DNA from: Heterodontus francisci
Lineage: Eukaryota
Assembly (NCBI RefSeq): GCF_036365525.1
Contig: NC_090384.1
Span: forward strand, 55,735,895 to 55,799,894
Reading direction: 5' to 3'
Length of the DNA stretch: 64,000 nt
Notes under the pieces: model-generated
What the model was told of the DNA's origin: nothing
The model's database searches: none
The model's input: only the letters and a program-made list of their open reading frames with translations
Made by a program: the position numbers and the translations under genes
Part shown: piece by piece, positions 24,843 to 37,864 of the stretch
Layout of the letters: each line of letters begins with the position of its first letter
Numbering within the stretch: position 1 is the first letter of the stretch

Positions 24843-26839
24843 AGTATGTGAATATAATGCAAATCTATTAGATATCCTTAGGTCGAACAATCAAAAATCT
24901 TGAAATGTGACACTGCTCCTGCTGACAAAATCTCATAGTGCTGCCTAAGATTTGTCTTCACATTTCCATGGACCCACCAGCTGGTTCCACCAGTTGGAGG
25001 AATCAAATATTCAACATTCATGGGCATCGAGCCATGAACAGATTTGGCCCACAGGTCACAGGCTGCCAAGTTAGAACATTGCACTGAATCGGCATTATAG
25101 TACAAATTTGGAGCAACAATAAAAGAACTCAGGTAAAGTATGAAAAACAGTAAAGTCCAAACTTTACTCATTTCTCTAATTATCTTGAAAATTAGCCCAT
25201 TGTGAGCCAATAAAAAGTAAACAATTTCAGATGAAGCAGAGGGCTGTAATAATATCAAATTGCTCTCTCAATAAAAAAAATCCACAGTAAATGCCTATTA
25301 TCTTAGTGCCTCCATTTCATGTTCACACATTGTCCAAAATAAAAAAAAATAATTTTAGTAATATTCCGAACAACTAACAGAGAAGCAATACATAAACATA
25401 AGAAATTTGATTTTATCACACCAAAAATGCAATTTGACACATTTTCATTACCTGGAGATTCTGATGTGGCCATAATTTTAATAAGTTACTTCATATTTAC
25501 TTTTACCATTATTTCTTATGTCTTTGTAATCAAACAAAATATTTAGCAAACTAGCAGTATCTCCATGGAGTGTATATGTGTAATATAGTGTAATATGAAA
25601 TTCAAATTATATTACATTTTAATTGTGACATATCATGTGTTCTTTGTCCTTTTATTTATCCTTGTCAACTCTCCATGGTACTCAAGGGCATGTTTCTAGC
25701 TACCTTTGCTCTCATTATTTCTTCCAAATTGCTCTTTTATTGCAAGCGCTCAGCTATAATCTACCACCAACCCTGCATGTACTGAAATTTATCTCTCTCC
25801 CCGTACTTTCCCTACCCTTCTTTTGCCTCTCCTGGTGTTTTCTGATGACATTCCTCTTGATAAAGTTTACATTACCCCTTCACTTACAACCTGTACATCA
25901 TTCTTTTGCTGCCATCTTAAACCTGAAACAACCTGAAAATATTTCAATAATGTCACAATCAGACAACTGGTAAGAAAACTGGGACTGAATCAACCAAGAG
26001 CTCATTCCAGAACCAATATATACTGCCATCGCCAAACGGCAATCTAAAGCTGTTGGAGTTTTCTTATTTCATTACACTGAAAGAAAGAAATCAAAAATTG
26101 AGTTTATTTGCACTGCCTCCATTGGTGTGTGAATGCAGCTTCAAACTCAAAATGGTGCTTAGAGGTCAACAGCCAGCTTCACATAGCTTACCCTGACAAA
26201 GGGCAGCACCTGAATCACCAGTTAAAGTCAAGCAAGCACACATGTAGAGTCTTATTTCCTCATTTCCCACCACTGCAGAAGATTTTAAATTTTAAAAAAT
26301 TAAATAATTTTAAAAGGATAAAGAGTAGAAAAGATTCCAGGTGTAACTCTGCATTAAAAAATATCAGGTGTATTCACAGCCATCTGGTTTTACACCTGCT
26401 TCGTTATCTAACTAAGTAAGAGAAGTGCTGTTAAAAGGAATTTAAAATTAACTATATGTCATGTTTAAATATCCTTTCTGCAAGGCTCATAGAAATAGCA
26501 AGCTTACAAATATTGAATATACTTAAATAATTACATATAATCAACAGTTTAGAACTGCACCTATACAAATTCTGCTAACGTTGTATATCAGAGTGTGACC
26601 TTTGGATGGGATCTCGCAATCTCTACCTGGAACGGTCCTGTCTGGAACCTGAGTGGGAACAGGATCAGACCTGGCTGTGATGCCAGCTGTCGACACACAC
26701 TATCATGACACATTTTTTATTGTACAAGCTACAAAGTAATGTCCTATAGCTTACTACAGTGTAGTTGTGTTTTTTCTATGTAATAGTGAGCAGACTTTGC
26801 AATTAAACTGATCATCCTTATGCTTGTAGATGTAATGAA

Positions 26840-27570
26840 AAAGCAAAATACTGCAAAAGCTGAAAACCTGAAATAAAAACAGAAAAAACTGGAAATACTC
26901 AGCAAATCAGGCCGCATTTGTAGAGAGAAAAACAGAGTTAACAGAGAAACAGACTACACTTCCTCCCATAAAAACAAAATACTGCAGATGCTGGAAACTT
27001 GAAATAAAAACAGAAAGTGCTGGAAATACTCCGCAGATCAGGCAGCATGTGTGGAGAGAGAAGCAGAGTTAATGTTTCATATCTGTAACCTTTCATCAGA
27101 ACTGGCAAAGGTTAGAAAAAAACGTTTTTTTTTCTTAATTCTTTTCTTTTCTAATTCTTTTCTAACCTTTACCAGTTCTGATGAAAGGTCACAGACCTGA
27201 AACATTAACTCTGCTTCTCTCTCCACAGATGCTGCCTGACCTGTTGAGTATTTCTAGCACTTTCTGTTTGTATTACACTTCCTCCCACTCTGCTTCCTGT
27301 AAGGACTTTATTCCATTCTCCCAGTTTCTCTGTCTCTGTCCCATCAGTTCTGACAATGCCATTTTCCACATCAGTGTTACAATGTGTCTTCCTCTTTCCT
27401 CAAATGAGGTGTCCATTCCATTTCCTACACTTCTGCTCTTGCCCCTTTCCTTCTACCCAAAACCACAATAGGATTTCCCATGTTCTCACCTTGTGCCCCA
27501 CCAGCCTCCAAAGTCAATGGATCATCCTTGATCATTTCCGCCACCTCCAGCATGATACCACCACGAAACA
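26840..27570. mobile_element. Penelope-like repeats and RT C-terminal remnant
   Basis: Inverted arms with two hammerhead cores, plus the peptide YTSSHSASCKDFIPFSQFL typical of the PLE RT C-terminus. Confidence 0.75.
27174..27212 (+). ncRNA. Minimal hammerhead ribozyme motif in a Penelope repeat (CpG-decayed stem III)
   Basis: AGTT-CTGATGA-a-AGGTC aca GACCT-GAAAC-ATT-AACT has a perfect stem I (AGTT/AACT) and a perfect stem II. Confidence 0.6.
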
Positions 27571-27589
27571 CATAAAGTCATTTATATAG

Positions 27590-30500
27590 AGTCATAGAGT
27601 CATTTATCGCACAGAAGATGGGCATTCAGTCCATCAAGTCTATGCCATCTATCTGTAGAGCAATCCAATCAGTTTCATTCCCTGCCCTATCCCCCTAGTC
27701 CTGTTAAGTTTGTTTCTTTTAAGTGCCCATCCAATTTCCTTTTGAAAGTATTGTCTCTGCTTCCACCACCTTCATAGGCAGTGAGTTCCAGGTCATTACA
27801 ACTCCTTGCCTAAAAAAGTTCTTTCACACATCCCCATAGCATCTCTTGCCCAAAATCTTAAATCTGTGTTCCCCAGTTCTTGTAACATCAGCTAATGGGA
27901 ACAGTTTTGCTTTGTTGACCTTATCCAAACCTGTCAAAATCTTGAACATCTTTATCAAATCTCCCCTCAATATCCTTTGCTGCAAGGAGATCAACTCCAG
28001 CTTCTCCAACCTAAACTTGTAACTAAAATCCCCCATCCCTGGAACCATTCTGGTAAATCTCTTCTACACCCACTTGAGGAGCCTCACATTATTCGTAAAG
28101 TGTGGTGACCAAAACTGAATGCAATACTCTTGTGGCCTAACCAGAGCTTTAAAAAGGTTCAGCATACCTTTCCTACCTTTCTACTCAGTGCTTCTAGTTA
28201 TGAAGCCCAAGATTCTATGTGCTTTGTTGACCTCTCTCTCAATATGTCTTGCAACCTGCAAAGATCTATGCACATGCACCCTCAGGTCACTCTGTCCCTG
28301 CACACTCTTTAGAACTATGCTATTAAGTCTATATGGCCTCCCCCCATTCCTTTTGCCAAAATGCATCACGTCACATTTCTCTGTATTAAATTCCATTTGC
28401 CACTTGTCTGCCCACTCTGCTAGTATATCCATGTCTTGTTGTAGTTGATTTGTATCATCCTCATTGTTTGGCACTGCTCCAAGTTTGGAACTATCAACAA
28501 ATTTTGAAATTTTACTATGTATTCCAACATCCAACACAATTATATATATTTAAAAAAACAGTGGTCCCAGCACTGACCTGCCAGGAACAATACTTTCCAG
28601 TATTAAAAATAACCATTTACTACGACTTGCTGTTTTCTGTCTGAAGCTAATTTTTTTCCAAGCTGACATTGAATCTCCTATTCCCTAAGCCTCAATTGTG
28701 TTAACCAGCCTTTTACATGGTAGTTTGTCAACACTTTCTTAAAATCTAAATGGACAACATCCACCACATTCTGTTCATCAATCTTCTCTGTGACTTCATC
28801 AAAAAATTCAATTAAATTAGTCAAGCACGATCAGCCTTTCACAAGTCCTTGCTGGCCATCCTTAATTAGCTGAAAACTCTCCATGTACCTGTTGATTTTT
28901 TCCCCCTGATTATTATATCTAAAACCTTACCCATTACCCATCACTGATGTTAAACTGACTGACCTGCACTTACTAGGAATGTCCTTACACCCTTTCTTGA
29001 ATAAGGGTATCAATTTTACCACTGTCCGAACCTCTGGTACCTCCCCGTGTCTAAGGAAGGTTGGAAGATTATACCAAGACTTTCCATTACCTCCACTCCC
29101 ACTTCCCTTGCCAACTTGGGATGCAAGCCATCCGGACCAGGCACCTTATCCACTCTAAGCATAGCCAGCCTTTCCAGTACATCCTTCCTCTCAATTTTCC
29201 CATACATTACCTTTACTGTCTCTGTTTCTACTGATATTTTGTCAGCATCCTCTTCCTTAGTAAATATCGATACAAAGTACTCATTACGTATTCTAGCCTT
29301 GGCTTGCACCTGTAAGTAAATCTCACCCTATTTGTCCTTAATAGGCACCATCTCACTTCTTACTACCCACTTACTATTTACATACTGGTAGAAGACTTTT
29401 ATGTTGACTGCCATTCTAATCTCATATTCTTTCTTTGCCAGTCTTATTTACCCCTTCACGTCCCCTCTCAATTCATTGTATTTGACCTTGTTCTCATTTG
29501 AAGAATTCACCTGACATGCATCATATACCCTCTTATTTTGTTTCATCATATTCTCTATCTCTCTCATCATCCAAGGAACCCTGGCTTTGGTTCACCTAAA
29601 TTTCACCACTGTTGCAATGTTTCTAGCCTGTACCTGAAGCATCTCTTCCTTAGAGATCACCCACTGTTCTGTTACAGATTTTTCTGACAGTGTTGGTTCT
29701 ATTTTAACCTGGCTAGATCCCCTCTCATCCCATTGAAATTAGCCCTCTTCCAGTTTAAAAGTTTTGCTTTAGATTGTTACTTGTTCTTCTCCATTAATAA
29801 TCTAAACCAATGATGCAATGATCACTTTACCCAAGTGTTCTCCCACAGACACTTGGTCCACTTGGCCCACCTCATACCCCAGCACCAGATCTAACCATGC
29901 CTCCTTCTTAGTTGGACCAATAACATAATGGTCAAGGAAGTTCTCCTGAACACTTTTCAGAAATCCCTCCCGTCCTTTCCCTTTACTCTAATAATTATCC
30001 CAATTGATATTTGGGTAATTAAAGTCTTCCAATATCACCACGCTATAGTTCTTGCACATCTCTGAGGTTTCCCTGTAGATTTTCCCTCTATCTCTCTCTC
30101 ACTATTTGGAGGCCTATAGAATACCTCCAGTAGCGTGAACATCCCCTTTTTGCTTCTCAACTCTAACCAACTGGATTCTGTCCTTTCCCCCTGAAGGACA
30201 TCTACCCTCTCCAACACAATGTCTTCCCTAATCAGTACTGTCACACGACCTCCCTTTTTTTCTTCCCTATCATTTCCGAACACTTTGTATCCTTGAATAT
30301 TAAGCGCCCAGTCATCACCATTTTTAAGCAACATTTCTGTTATTGTCACTACACCATATTCCCACATGGTTATTTGTTCTTGTAGCTCATTAATCTTATT
30401 CATCACACCTTGTGCATTTACAAACATTCATTGGTAACCTGGCTTTGTTTTCTGAGAAGTGCTTCTTAGTCTGCTCCTACCTAATATGGTACTATTCCCT

Positions 30501-31060
30501 TCTCTAGTACGATCCAACACTCTCACTTTGTGCACCTTATTCCTCTTTTCTATTTCTAATGCTGGTGCCCATCCCCCTGCCAACTTAGTTTAAACCCTCC
30601 CCAAATACACTAGTGAACCTCCCGGCAAGCACATTGGTCCCAGTCCTGTTGAGGTGCAACCAGTCCCTTTTGAATAAGTGCCTCCTGCCCCTGAACCGAT
30701 CCAAAAGAACCCCTAAGAATCTAAAATCTTCCCTCCTGCACCATGCCACAAGCCACACATTGATCCTCCCTATCTTTCTGCTTCTACTCTCAATCACGTG
30801 AGGCACTGGGAGTAATCCAGAGATTACTATCTTCAAGGTCCTATTTTTTTTAACTTCCTCCCTAGCTCTCGAAAATCTGAGCATAAGACCTCTATACCTA
30901 ACCTCTCTATGTCATTAATACCAAAGTGTAACCCAAGTTCTAGCTCACTCTCTTTCCCCTGTGGAATATTCTGCACCCTCTCTGTGATGTCCTTTACCCT
31001 CGCACCGGGGAAGCAACACACCATGCTGGTCTCACAATGACATCTTCCCCTCCTCACTCC
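27590..31060 (-). mobile_element. Near-full-length decayed CR1 LINE (ORF1 SGNH esterase, APE endonuclease, RT)
   Basis: CCFPGARVKD/ISGLLPVP/LHLN (esterase), NAQGVMNK...YRPPNS (APE) and GPDGLHP/WQMEFNTEKC (RT). Confidence 0.9.
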
Positions 31061-31810
31061 TTTCAGGATTCCAAATGGACGGTTCCTTCTGAGGCAGCCT
31101 GGTCCACATCACAATTACCCCCAACACACCTCCCCTTCCCGCAGCATCTTCCATTACAAGTGCAGTAGTTGCAACACCTGCCTTTTAACCTACTCCCTTC
31201 CCACTGTCCAGGGACAAACAGCAATTTATTTGCAGTTCTTTCAATTTCGTATACTATAGTTGCTGCTCATGATGCAGTGTGCTTTACATTGGTGTGACCA
31301 AATGCAGATTGGGTGACTGCTTTGCAGTACACCTCTGTTCAGTTCCAAGACGCCGACGGCTTTGGTCGCCTGTGATTTTAACACTCCACTTCACTCCCAC
31401 TCTGACCTCTTTGTCCTTGAACACCTACTCTGCTCTAATGAAGCTCAACATAAGTTAAAGGATCAGAATCTCAATCTTTCAATTAAGCACTTCAAAGCCT
31501 TCCAGGCTCAATATTGAGTTCAATCATTTCAAATCATTTTCTCTGTCCCCATTTTTTCAGTCAGCAGCTGTTGGTGATAATTCTGCCTTTTTGTCATTTA
31601 ATTACTCCTGCCTTCCACTCTGTCACAGATTTCCCCTTTTGTTCTTCCCCCAACTCCATTCCCTGCCTCTGTACTTGTTCAAAACCTGTTACATCTCTAA
31701 ATTTTTCCAGATCTGATGAAAGGTCATCAACCTGACACAATAATTTTGTTTCTCTCTCCGCAGATGCTGTCTGATCTGCTGAGTATTTCCATCATTTTCT
31801 GTTCTTACTT
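31060..31810 (+). mobile_element. Penelope-like 3' fragment (partial duplicate at about 42820-43310)
   Basis: Decayed GIY-YIG (tacattggtgtgaccaaatgcagattgggtgactgc = YIGVTKCRLGDC) followed by the terminal repeat. Confidence 0.75.
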
Positions 31811-31919
31811 GTAGGTGTTGACTGCAACGGAAGCAAAAACTCTCGAAACACTTTTGTTATCTCCCCACATTTTGTCATTGTACAAATACTAAAGAGAACT
31901 TAGATAAGTAATACTTCAC

Positions 31920-31968
31920 CTGATGTTGAAATAAATGATACAATACAGAAAAAAGTCAAAATGGTCAT
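31920..31968 (-). CDS. NCR3LG1: B7-H6-like gene, leader (signal peptide) exon, proximal copy
   Basis: The reverse strand reads ATG ACC ATT TTG ACT TTT TTC TGT ATT GTA TCA TTT ATT TCA ACA TCA G|GTGAAG, i.e. MTILTFFCIVSFISTS, a hydrophobic 16-mer. Its phase-1 donor is compatible with the V exon acceptor (G+AT = Asp). Confidence 0.8.
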
Positions 31969-32056
31969 CCTTGTTTTGAGAACTGCAAACTTCTAAAGCA
32001 CTTTCAAAGACCTATATCCAAGAACAGGAGCACATTTACTGAAGAACAAACTCAGT

Positions 32057-32071
32057 CTTTTACTTTCATTC
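32057..32071 (-). promoter_or_regulatory. ISRE/IRF-E-like element about 90-100 bp upstream of the leader ATG (identical copy at 43559-43573)
   Basis: The minus strand reads GAATGAAAGTAAAAG, an imperfect tandem GAAA-repeat IRF site. A second AAGTGAAA lies at about 32192-32199. Confidence 0.4.
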
Positions 32072-32512
32072 TTACACATAACCTTTGTATGGTTGATTAT
32101 CAGTACAGAGCAAATAAAACTTTTCTTACCCAGGTCACAGTTCAAGCACAACAGTCTAATTACTCACTAATGTTTAAAGGAGCAGCATTTCAAGTGAAAA
32201 ATTGTTGTAAACAACAACTTTTTTCCAAACAGATATTGCATCAAAAATAGATAGCAATAACTCACTCATACCATATACCATTTTCATTTGTTATTCACAA
32301 AAAAGTATAAATGGGAGAATTCTCAACATTGCCACCTGGGTGGTAATCTGTCAGAGCAAATTTTCTTCCCTGATTTTAATTCCAAACAAGCAGGTTATCC
32401 ACTTGTACAAAACCAAAATACTACATTTGCTGGAAATCTGAAATAAAAACAGAAACTGCTGGAAATACTCAGCAGGTCTGACAGCATCTGTGGAGAGAGA
32501 AACAGAGATAAT

Positions 32513-35283
32513 GGGCTGAATTTTATTGGGGCGCCACCATCCCCTCCAGCGCCTGCTTCCTGACAGCTGTCAAAGAATACTTACCTGACTGCTGATGAGT
32601 GGGGCTGCTGTCAATCTGGCAGCAAAGCAGAAAGTGCTGAAGAAATCCAGCAGGTCAGGCTGCGTCTGTGGAGAGAGAAGCAGAGTTAACTTGTCCAAGT
32701 TCACAGACCTAAAAGTTAACGCTGCTTCTCTCTCCACAAATGCTGCCTGACCTGCTGAGATACCCCAGCACTTTCTGCTTTGCTGCCACATACCTACCCT
32801 GCTCTGTCCCAGTGTCCTGTGAAGCTATGATCCTCTTCTCCCACTCAAGTGTAACATTCCTTCTCGTAGACGTGCGCTTGGATGACTAATCTTAATTTTG
32901 CACATTCCAGGACATGAGACTTAAATCGACCATAAAAGGTATTACAGTGGTTTACAGAGAACACACCGACACAAATGGGAATGCACGGGTGTCACAGGAA
33001 TGTAAATACGTCTTTCACTAAATGTTCCTCACCAACATGTGTGTCCTTTTCTCTGTGGGAATGATGTGTGCCAGCATGTAGTGCCAATGTCACATCCCTT
33101 TGCACCGGTGGCCCTTCAGGAGAGCCAACGTATGCAATAACAGCATTGCCATGCCACCATTACTCATGACCATCTCCACGGACTCAGTGACATGGACATT
33201 GGCTCAGCCAGCTGCTGCCTCTAATCATTTACAAAGTTATCCTGCAGATGTGGACTGGTGCACAGCAGGTGAGTGAGGGTGATTTGTGGCTTGCAGAGCT
33301 CATGTCGGTTCATATGGAGCAGACAGCCTTTGTCTGATAAGCCACTTCCGTACGTCTGTAACTCACTGCTAGTCCTGCTTGCAAAGCCTGGGTGCCATCT
33401 GCCCTCCAATGCGTCTTTCATGTTGTAGGTCTTCAGCGTCCTTATAGTCTGAGGAGGAATCCTGTTGACGTCTCTCCTCATCATTCCAGGCCTGGCCTCT
33501 ATTGGGTACGTAGTTGTGCAAAGCAGCAAAGAAAGGAGCTGGCCTTTTCGGCCCATAGTACAGGGCATCACCCTATCCATCCAGGCATTGGAGGCACTTT
33601 TTCAGCATGCTGATCTCCTGCTCAATGGTGACTCATGTAGCTCAGTGGCTGGCGTTGTATCTCTCCTCTGCCGCAGTGGTGGAGTCTCTCTTTGGTGTTG
33701 GGAGCCATGTCTGCAAAGGATAGCCCTTATCTCCGAGAAGCTACCCCTCCATCTGAGCCAGTTCAGTGAGCAGTGGTGGCAGCCGGGACTGGTGCAAGAT
33801 CAAGGTGTCATGACAGCTGCCTGAGAAGTGGTCACACATTTGCTGCATGCAGCCGCAGCGTTCACATACCAACTTCACCCAGATTGAGAGAGCTCCTTTA
33901 ATGGTGACGTCTGCAGGTGATAGCCTGCCAGGAGGCCTGATGACCACATTAGTGCAGTCTATGAACATTATAACCTAAGGTTCTCCGTCAATGGTGCCAG
34001 AACCACTGGCCCTCTGGGCATGGCTGTGAGAGTCTGTCCTGAAGCAGACATCCTCACTGGCCTCCGGTGCAGGGCATTGGTGACCTCCCTGATACAGCGG
34101 TGCATTGCTGACTGTGTGACGCCACAAAGGTCTCTCTGGTCGGCCCCTGAAAGGCTGCAGAGGCATCAGGCTTGAGAACCGCTGCCAATCTCATCTGACA
34201 CTGGTGCTCTGACATCCGATGACAAGTCATGTGGGGCCTGTAAATGCACGGCAACCCTAATAGCAGGCTCCCCTTGGGGGCTGCTGTGCACGACCGGGGC
34301 CTCTAAGTGGATCGCACCTGCCTGTTGGTATTGCCTCTGGTGCATACGGATCCTCACGTGCAGAGGATCACACAATGTAGGCTGAGCCATACCTATTTCC
34401 ATGTGATAAATAAAGTTGAACCCTGCATGTATTCGAAGGTTCCTAACAGGGCATGGATTGGTGTTGACAGATACATCAGCTGCTTTCCTGGATCAACTAT
34501 GTGGCATGCCATGGCATTGTCCATCTTGGCCAACACTCAGAGTGGCACAGCATGACCACATCAAGATCCTATCAGCTGAATCGATTGCCCCCACCATCCA
34601 TAAAACCTTAATGTTCCTGCACTTTCTGGCATCCTCCCCACACACAGGGTGCCTAGTGTGCCATTGCCCCCTCACAAACACAGAACGTACACGGTTAACG
34701 GAGGGATGGTACACGGTACCTCCCTTCATGGCAGCGCAGTTTTCCCTCCAGTAATCCCAGACCCTCTTCCTTTCAGAATGCACAGTCTGGCCCCTGAATA
34801 TCCCCCTCCCTCCTCCCTTCCAGAATGTAATGTTAGACCCCTGCATAGCCCCCCTCCCTTTAAGAATGCAGAGTAGAACCCCTGTGTATCCCCCCTCCCT
34901 CTTCACTTTAAGAATACAGAGTTAGACCCCTGTGTATCTCCGCTCCCTTCCGTAATGCAGAATGAGGACCCGCAGGCTTTTCAGATCGTGAACGGGACGG
35001 CATACGACGGCCGCCCGTTCAACGAAAAATCCAGCAGTGTCAGTGGAGAGTCGGCAGGCTGCATTAACAGCATAGATAAGTAAGCATTAATATCTGCTAA
35101 TTGTGGTGCCACCGTCGTGTGGCCTGGGGGGGGGGGGGGGGTCCGCACCAATGTCCCGCCACCAATGGTAAAATGCGGCGGACCCGTCTCGACGTCGCGG
35201 GTCGAGGCTGCCATCTCCCTGCAGCATTTTACAGGCCCCTGTGCCGCGACCCATGGCGTCAAGTGGCCGGTAAAATTCAGCCC
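32513..35283. mobile_element. Non-autonomous PIF/Harbinger-type DNA transposon, 2.77 kb
   Basis: TIRs GGGCTGAATTTTA / TAAAATTCAGCCC with TSD AAT. Removing it restores a Penelope repeat (acagagataatgtttcagg). It contains a nested Penelope palindrome at about 32620-32790. Confidence 0.85.
34765..34972. repeat. Imperfect tandem repeat of about 40-48 bp (about 5 units) inside the Harbinger
   Basis: Unit approximately ctttaagaatgcagagttagacccctgtgtatccccctcc. Confidence 0.8.
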
Positions 35284-37864
35284 AATGTTTCAGGTTGATG
35301 ACCTTTCATCAGAACTGGGAAAATTAAGGATCATCAATCTGAAATGTTGAGCAGGATTTTATTCCAGCAACGCAGCCCCAGCGATGAGTCAAAAGGTAGG
35401 GAGAGAACCCACTTCGGCCCTCCATAAGACCCCCATTGCTATTCTACGGCGGCTGTGGGGGTGGGGGGCATTGGTGGGCAGCCAATTAACTGCCTACCAT
35501 TAAGGGACAAGTCCTGCCTCCAGAACTGCTGGCCAATCAGAAGAAGTTGGGAGGGTATTGGTGAAAGTGGAGGGAGTGGTCTTCTCCAGGGGAGGGGTCA
35601 GCCATCGCTGCTGTTTTAAATGTTATATATTGTTATACTATCTGTAAAATGTTAGGAACTAATCAGCTAGTAACTAGTTGTTAGGTGTAAGTGTTCCACT
35701 GGGGGGCCACATTCACAGCTGCACTGGGGAGTAATGTTATATGTAATACAAGAACCAGTTGAATCAGGTTTTATAGCACAGAGCATGGTGCTGTAATAAA
35801 CAAGACTGACTATAGCCTTTTCCAAGTTTTAAGTGTGATTCTTTCCAACACCTGGGAACCAGAAAACAACATTAAGATGAAACATGGTGACAGCGAGTGT
35901 CTGTGATTAAACCTAGAACATTTTTAAAAGCATCAGATTAAGAAAAGTGACCCAAATTAGTGCCAGAGAGAAAGAAAAACTGAGTGATTCGTGTGATAAC
36001 TCTAAAAAAAAAAGGAAAAAAATGAAATGTCAGCCGGGACACGAATGAATGTACATCTACAGCCCATGATGAATTGGAAGGCTGATGATATTGTAGAGGC
36101 ATTTGAGAAGTTTAACAAAAGTGCAATTTGGCATTCAGTAGTTTCCTCAAAGGCACTAGTGAAGAGGAGAGGATCAGCTATCTCCTTCTGTTGGCTGGAG
36201 ATAAAGGATTACATTTATTAACAGCTGGGACCTAAGTGAAGAGGACAGCAGAAACTCAGACAAAATTTTTGAAAGATTCAGCACCCACCTCCAGCCAAAA
36301 TCAAATCATTGGATACACCAATATGAATTTTAAGTCCTCAGACAGGAACTAGGTGACCCTATAGACAATTTTATAGTAAGATTGAAAAATGCAGCCAGAA
36401 AATGTAAATTTAAGGACACAGATGAACGGCTGATAGATCAGCTCATTTGGGGTTCTGCACATCCTGAAGTACAGAAAACTCTAATCAGACAGGACAAACT
36501 CACAATATCGCAGGCTGTAGACACTGCCAGAGCTCATGAAGCCACAAGCAGACAGGTGAAGACTCTGACCTCCCAAATGGCTAGCCTTCAGATAAGCCAA
36601 GAGACAGGCGGCAGGATCAATGCTGTGAAACAACAACTAAAGAATGTGTACCAAACAGAGAGTAAGACGTGCAGGAGCTGTGGACAACCATATGAATTGA
36701 CAGATAGAAGGAAATGTCCCGCTTCTGGATCAATCTGCAGAGCTTGAGAAAGACAAATCACCGGGAAAAGATGTGAAGAACAAGGCAAGAAGGTGGTAGA
36801 CGAGTCATCAGAGCCAGAGAAACATGGTGAAGGAAAAGCAAAAGAAACCAAAACATCCTGGGAAGATGGTGATGGATTTGAGAACATGATAGACATAGGA
36901 ACCACAGAATTGCACAAATTGTCTGTATCTGACAGTTCCCAGGTAAAAGAAATTCACACAACCATTCAGATTAGGAAGAGGATGAGAAATAAGCCCACAA
37001 CGATAAATCTGAAGGTGAATATTGATACTGGAGCGCAGAATAACATCATCTAACATCATCCTGCTCAGACTATACCAGCAGATCTTTCCTGAAAATTTGG
37101 AGAAAAATGGTTATCCAAGGGAAGGTGCTCTGAAACCAAACAACGTCATGCTAACAGCATACAGTGGAACTGAGATTTGACAGCTAGGAACAACCTAAAT
37201 CAAAGGGATACACAAAGGAAAAGATGTTAACTGCATGTTCTATGTCACAGAAACAGATGGTCCAGCTATCCTGGGGTTGAGCAGTTGTCAAGAGCTGCAG
37301 ATTATCTCAGTAAACCATGAGGTGAAGGAGGCGACACTGAGGGTTGAAGACAGTACACCCGTTGAAAACTGCGTTCCGATAAGGAGCAAAGAAGATCTGG
37401 TACAAATGTACCAGAGTGCTTTGATGAGATGGTTGGATGCTTCGAAGATTTTGAGTATCACATCAATATTGACCCAGCAATGAAACCAGTGATTCATCCC
37501 CCACATAAAGTACCAGTAGAACTAAAAGGAAAACTTGAAAGAGAGCTCCGAGAAATGGAAAAAAAGGTGATCGCCAGAGTAACAGAGCCTACAGATTGGG
37601 TAAATTCCATCATGGTGAGAGAGAAGCCAAATGGACAGCTAAGAATTTGCCGAGCCCCCAAAGATCTTAACCAAGCAATAAAGAGGGATCACTACCCTAT
37701 TCCAACATTGAAGGAAATCACACCAGCACTGGCAGCGGCAAATGTTTTCAGCAAGCTTGATGCCAGAAATGGCAACTGGAATGTGAAGCTAGATGCGGAA
37801 TCTTCACTGTTGACAACATTCAACTCACCCTTTGGACGGTACAAATTCCTGCATCTACCCTTTG

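Larger units (their letters stand above)
30560..35613. repeat. Segmental duplication, copy 1 (CR1 ORF1 end + Penelope fragment + leader exon/promoter + MITE)
   Basis: Collinear with 42297-44540, at offset 11502 at the leader exon. Copy 1 additionally holds the 2.8-kb Harbinger at 32513-35283. Confidence 0.9.

Noticed and set aside
24878-26419. ORFs of 103-126 aa in intron 1
   Set aside because: They have no recognisable domain or splice-consistent structure, and are likely noise or very old repeats.
34765-34972. CRISPR-like repeat array
   Set aside because: It is a degenerate minisatellite without unique spacers, inside a eukaryotic transposon.
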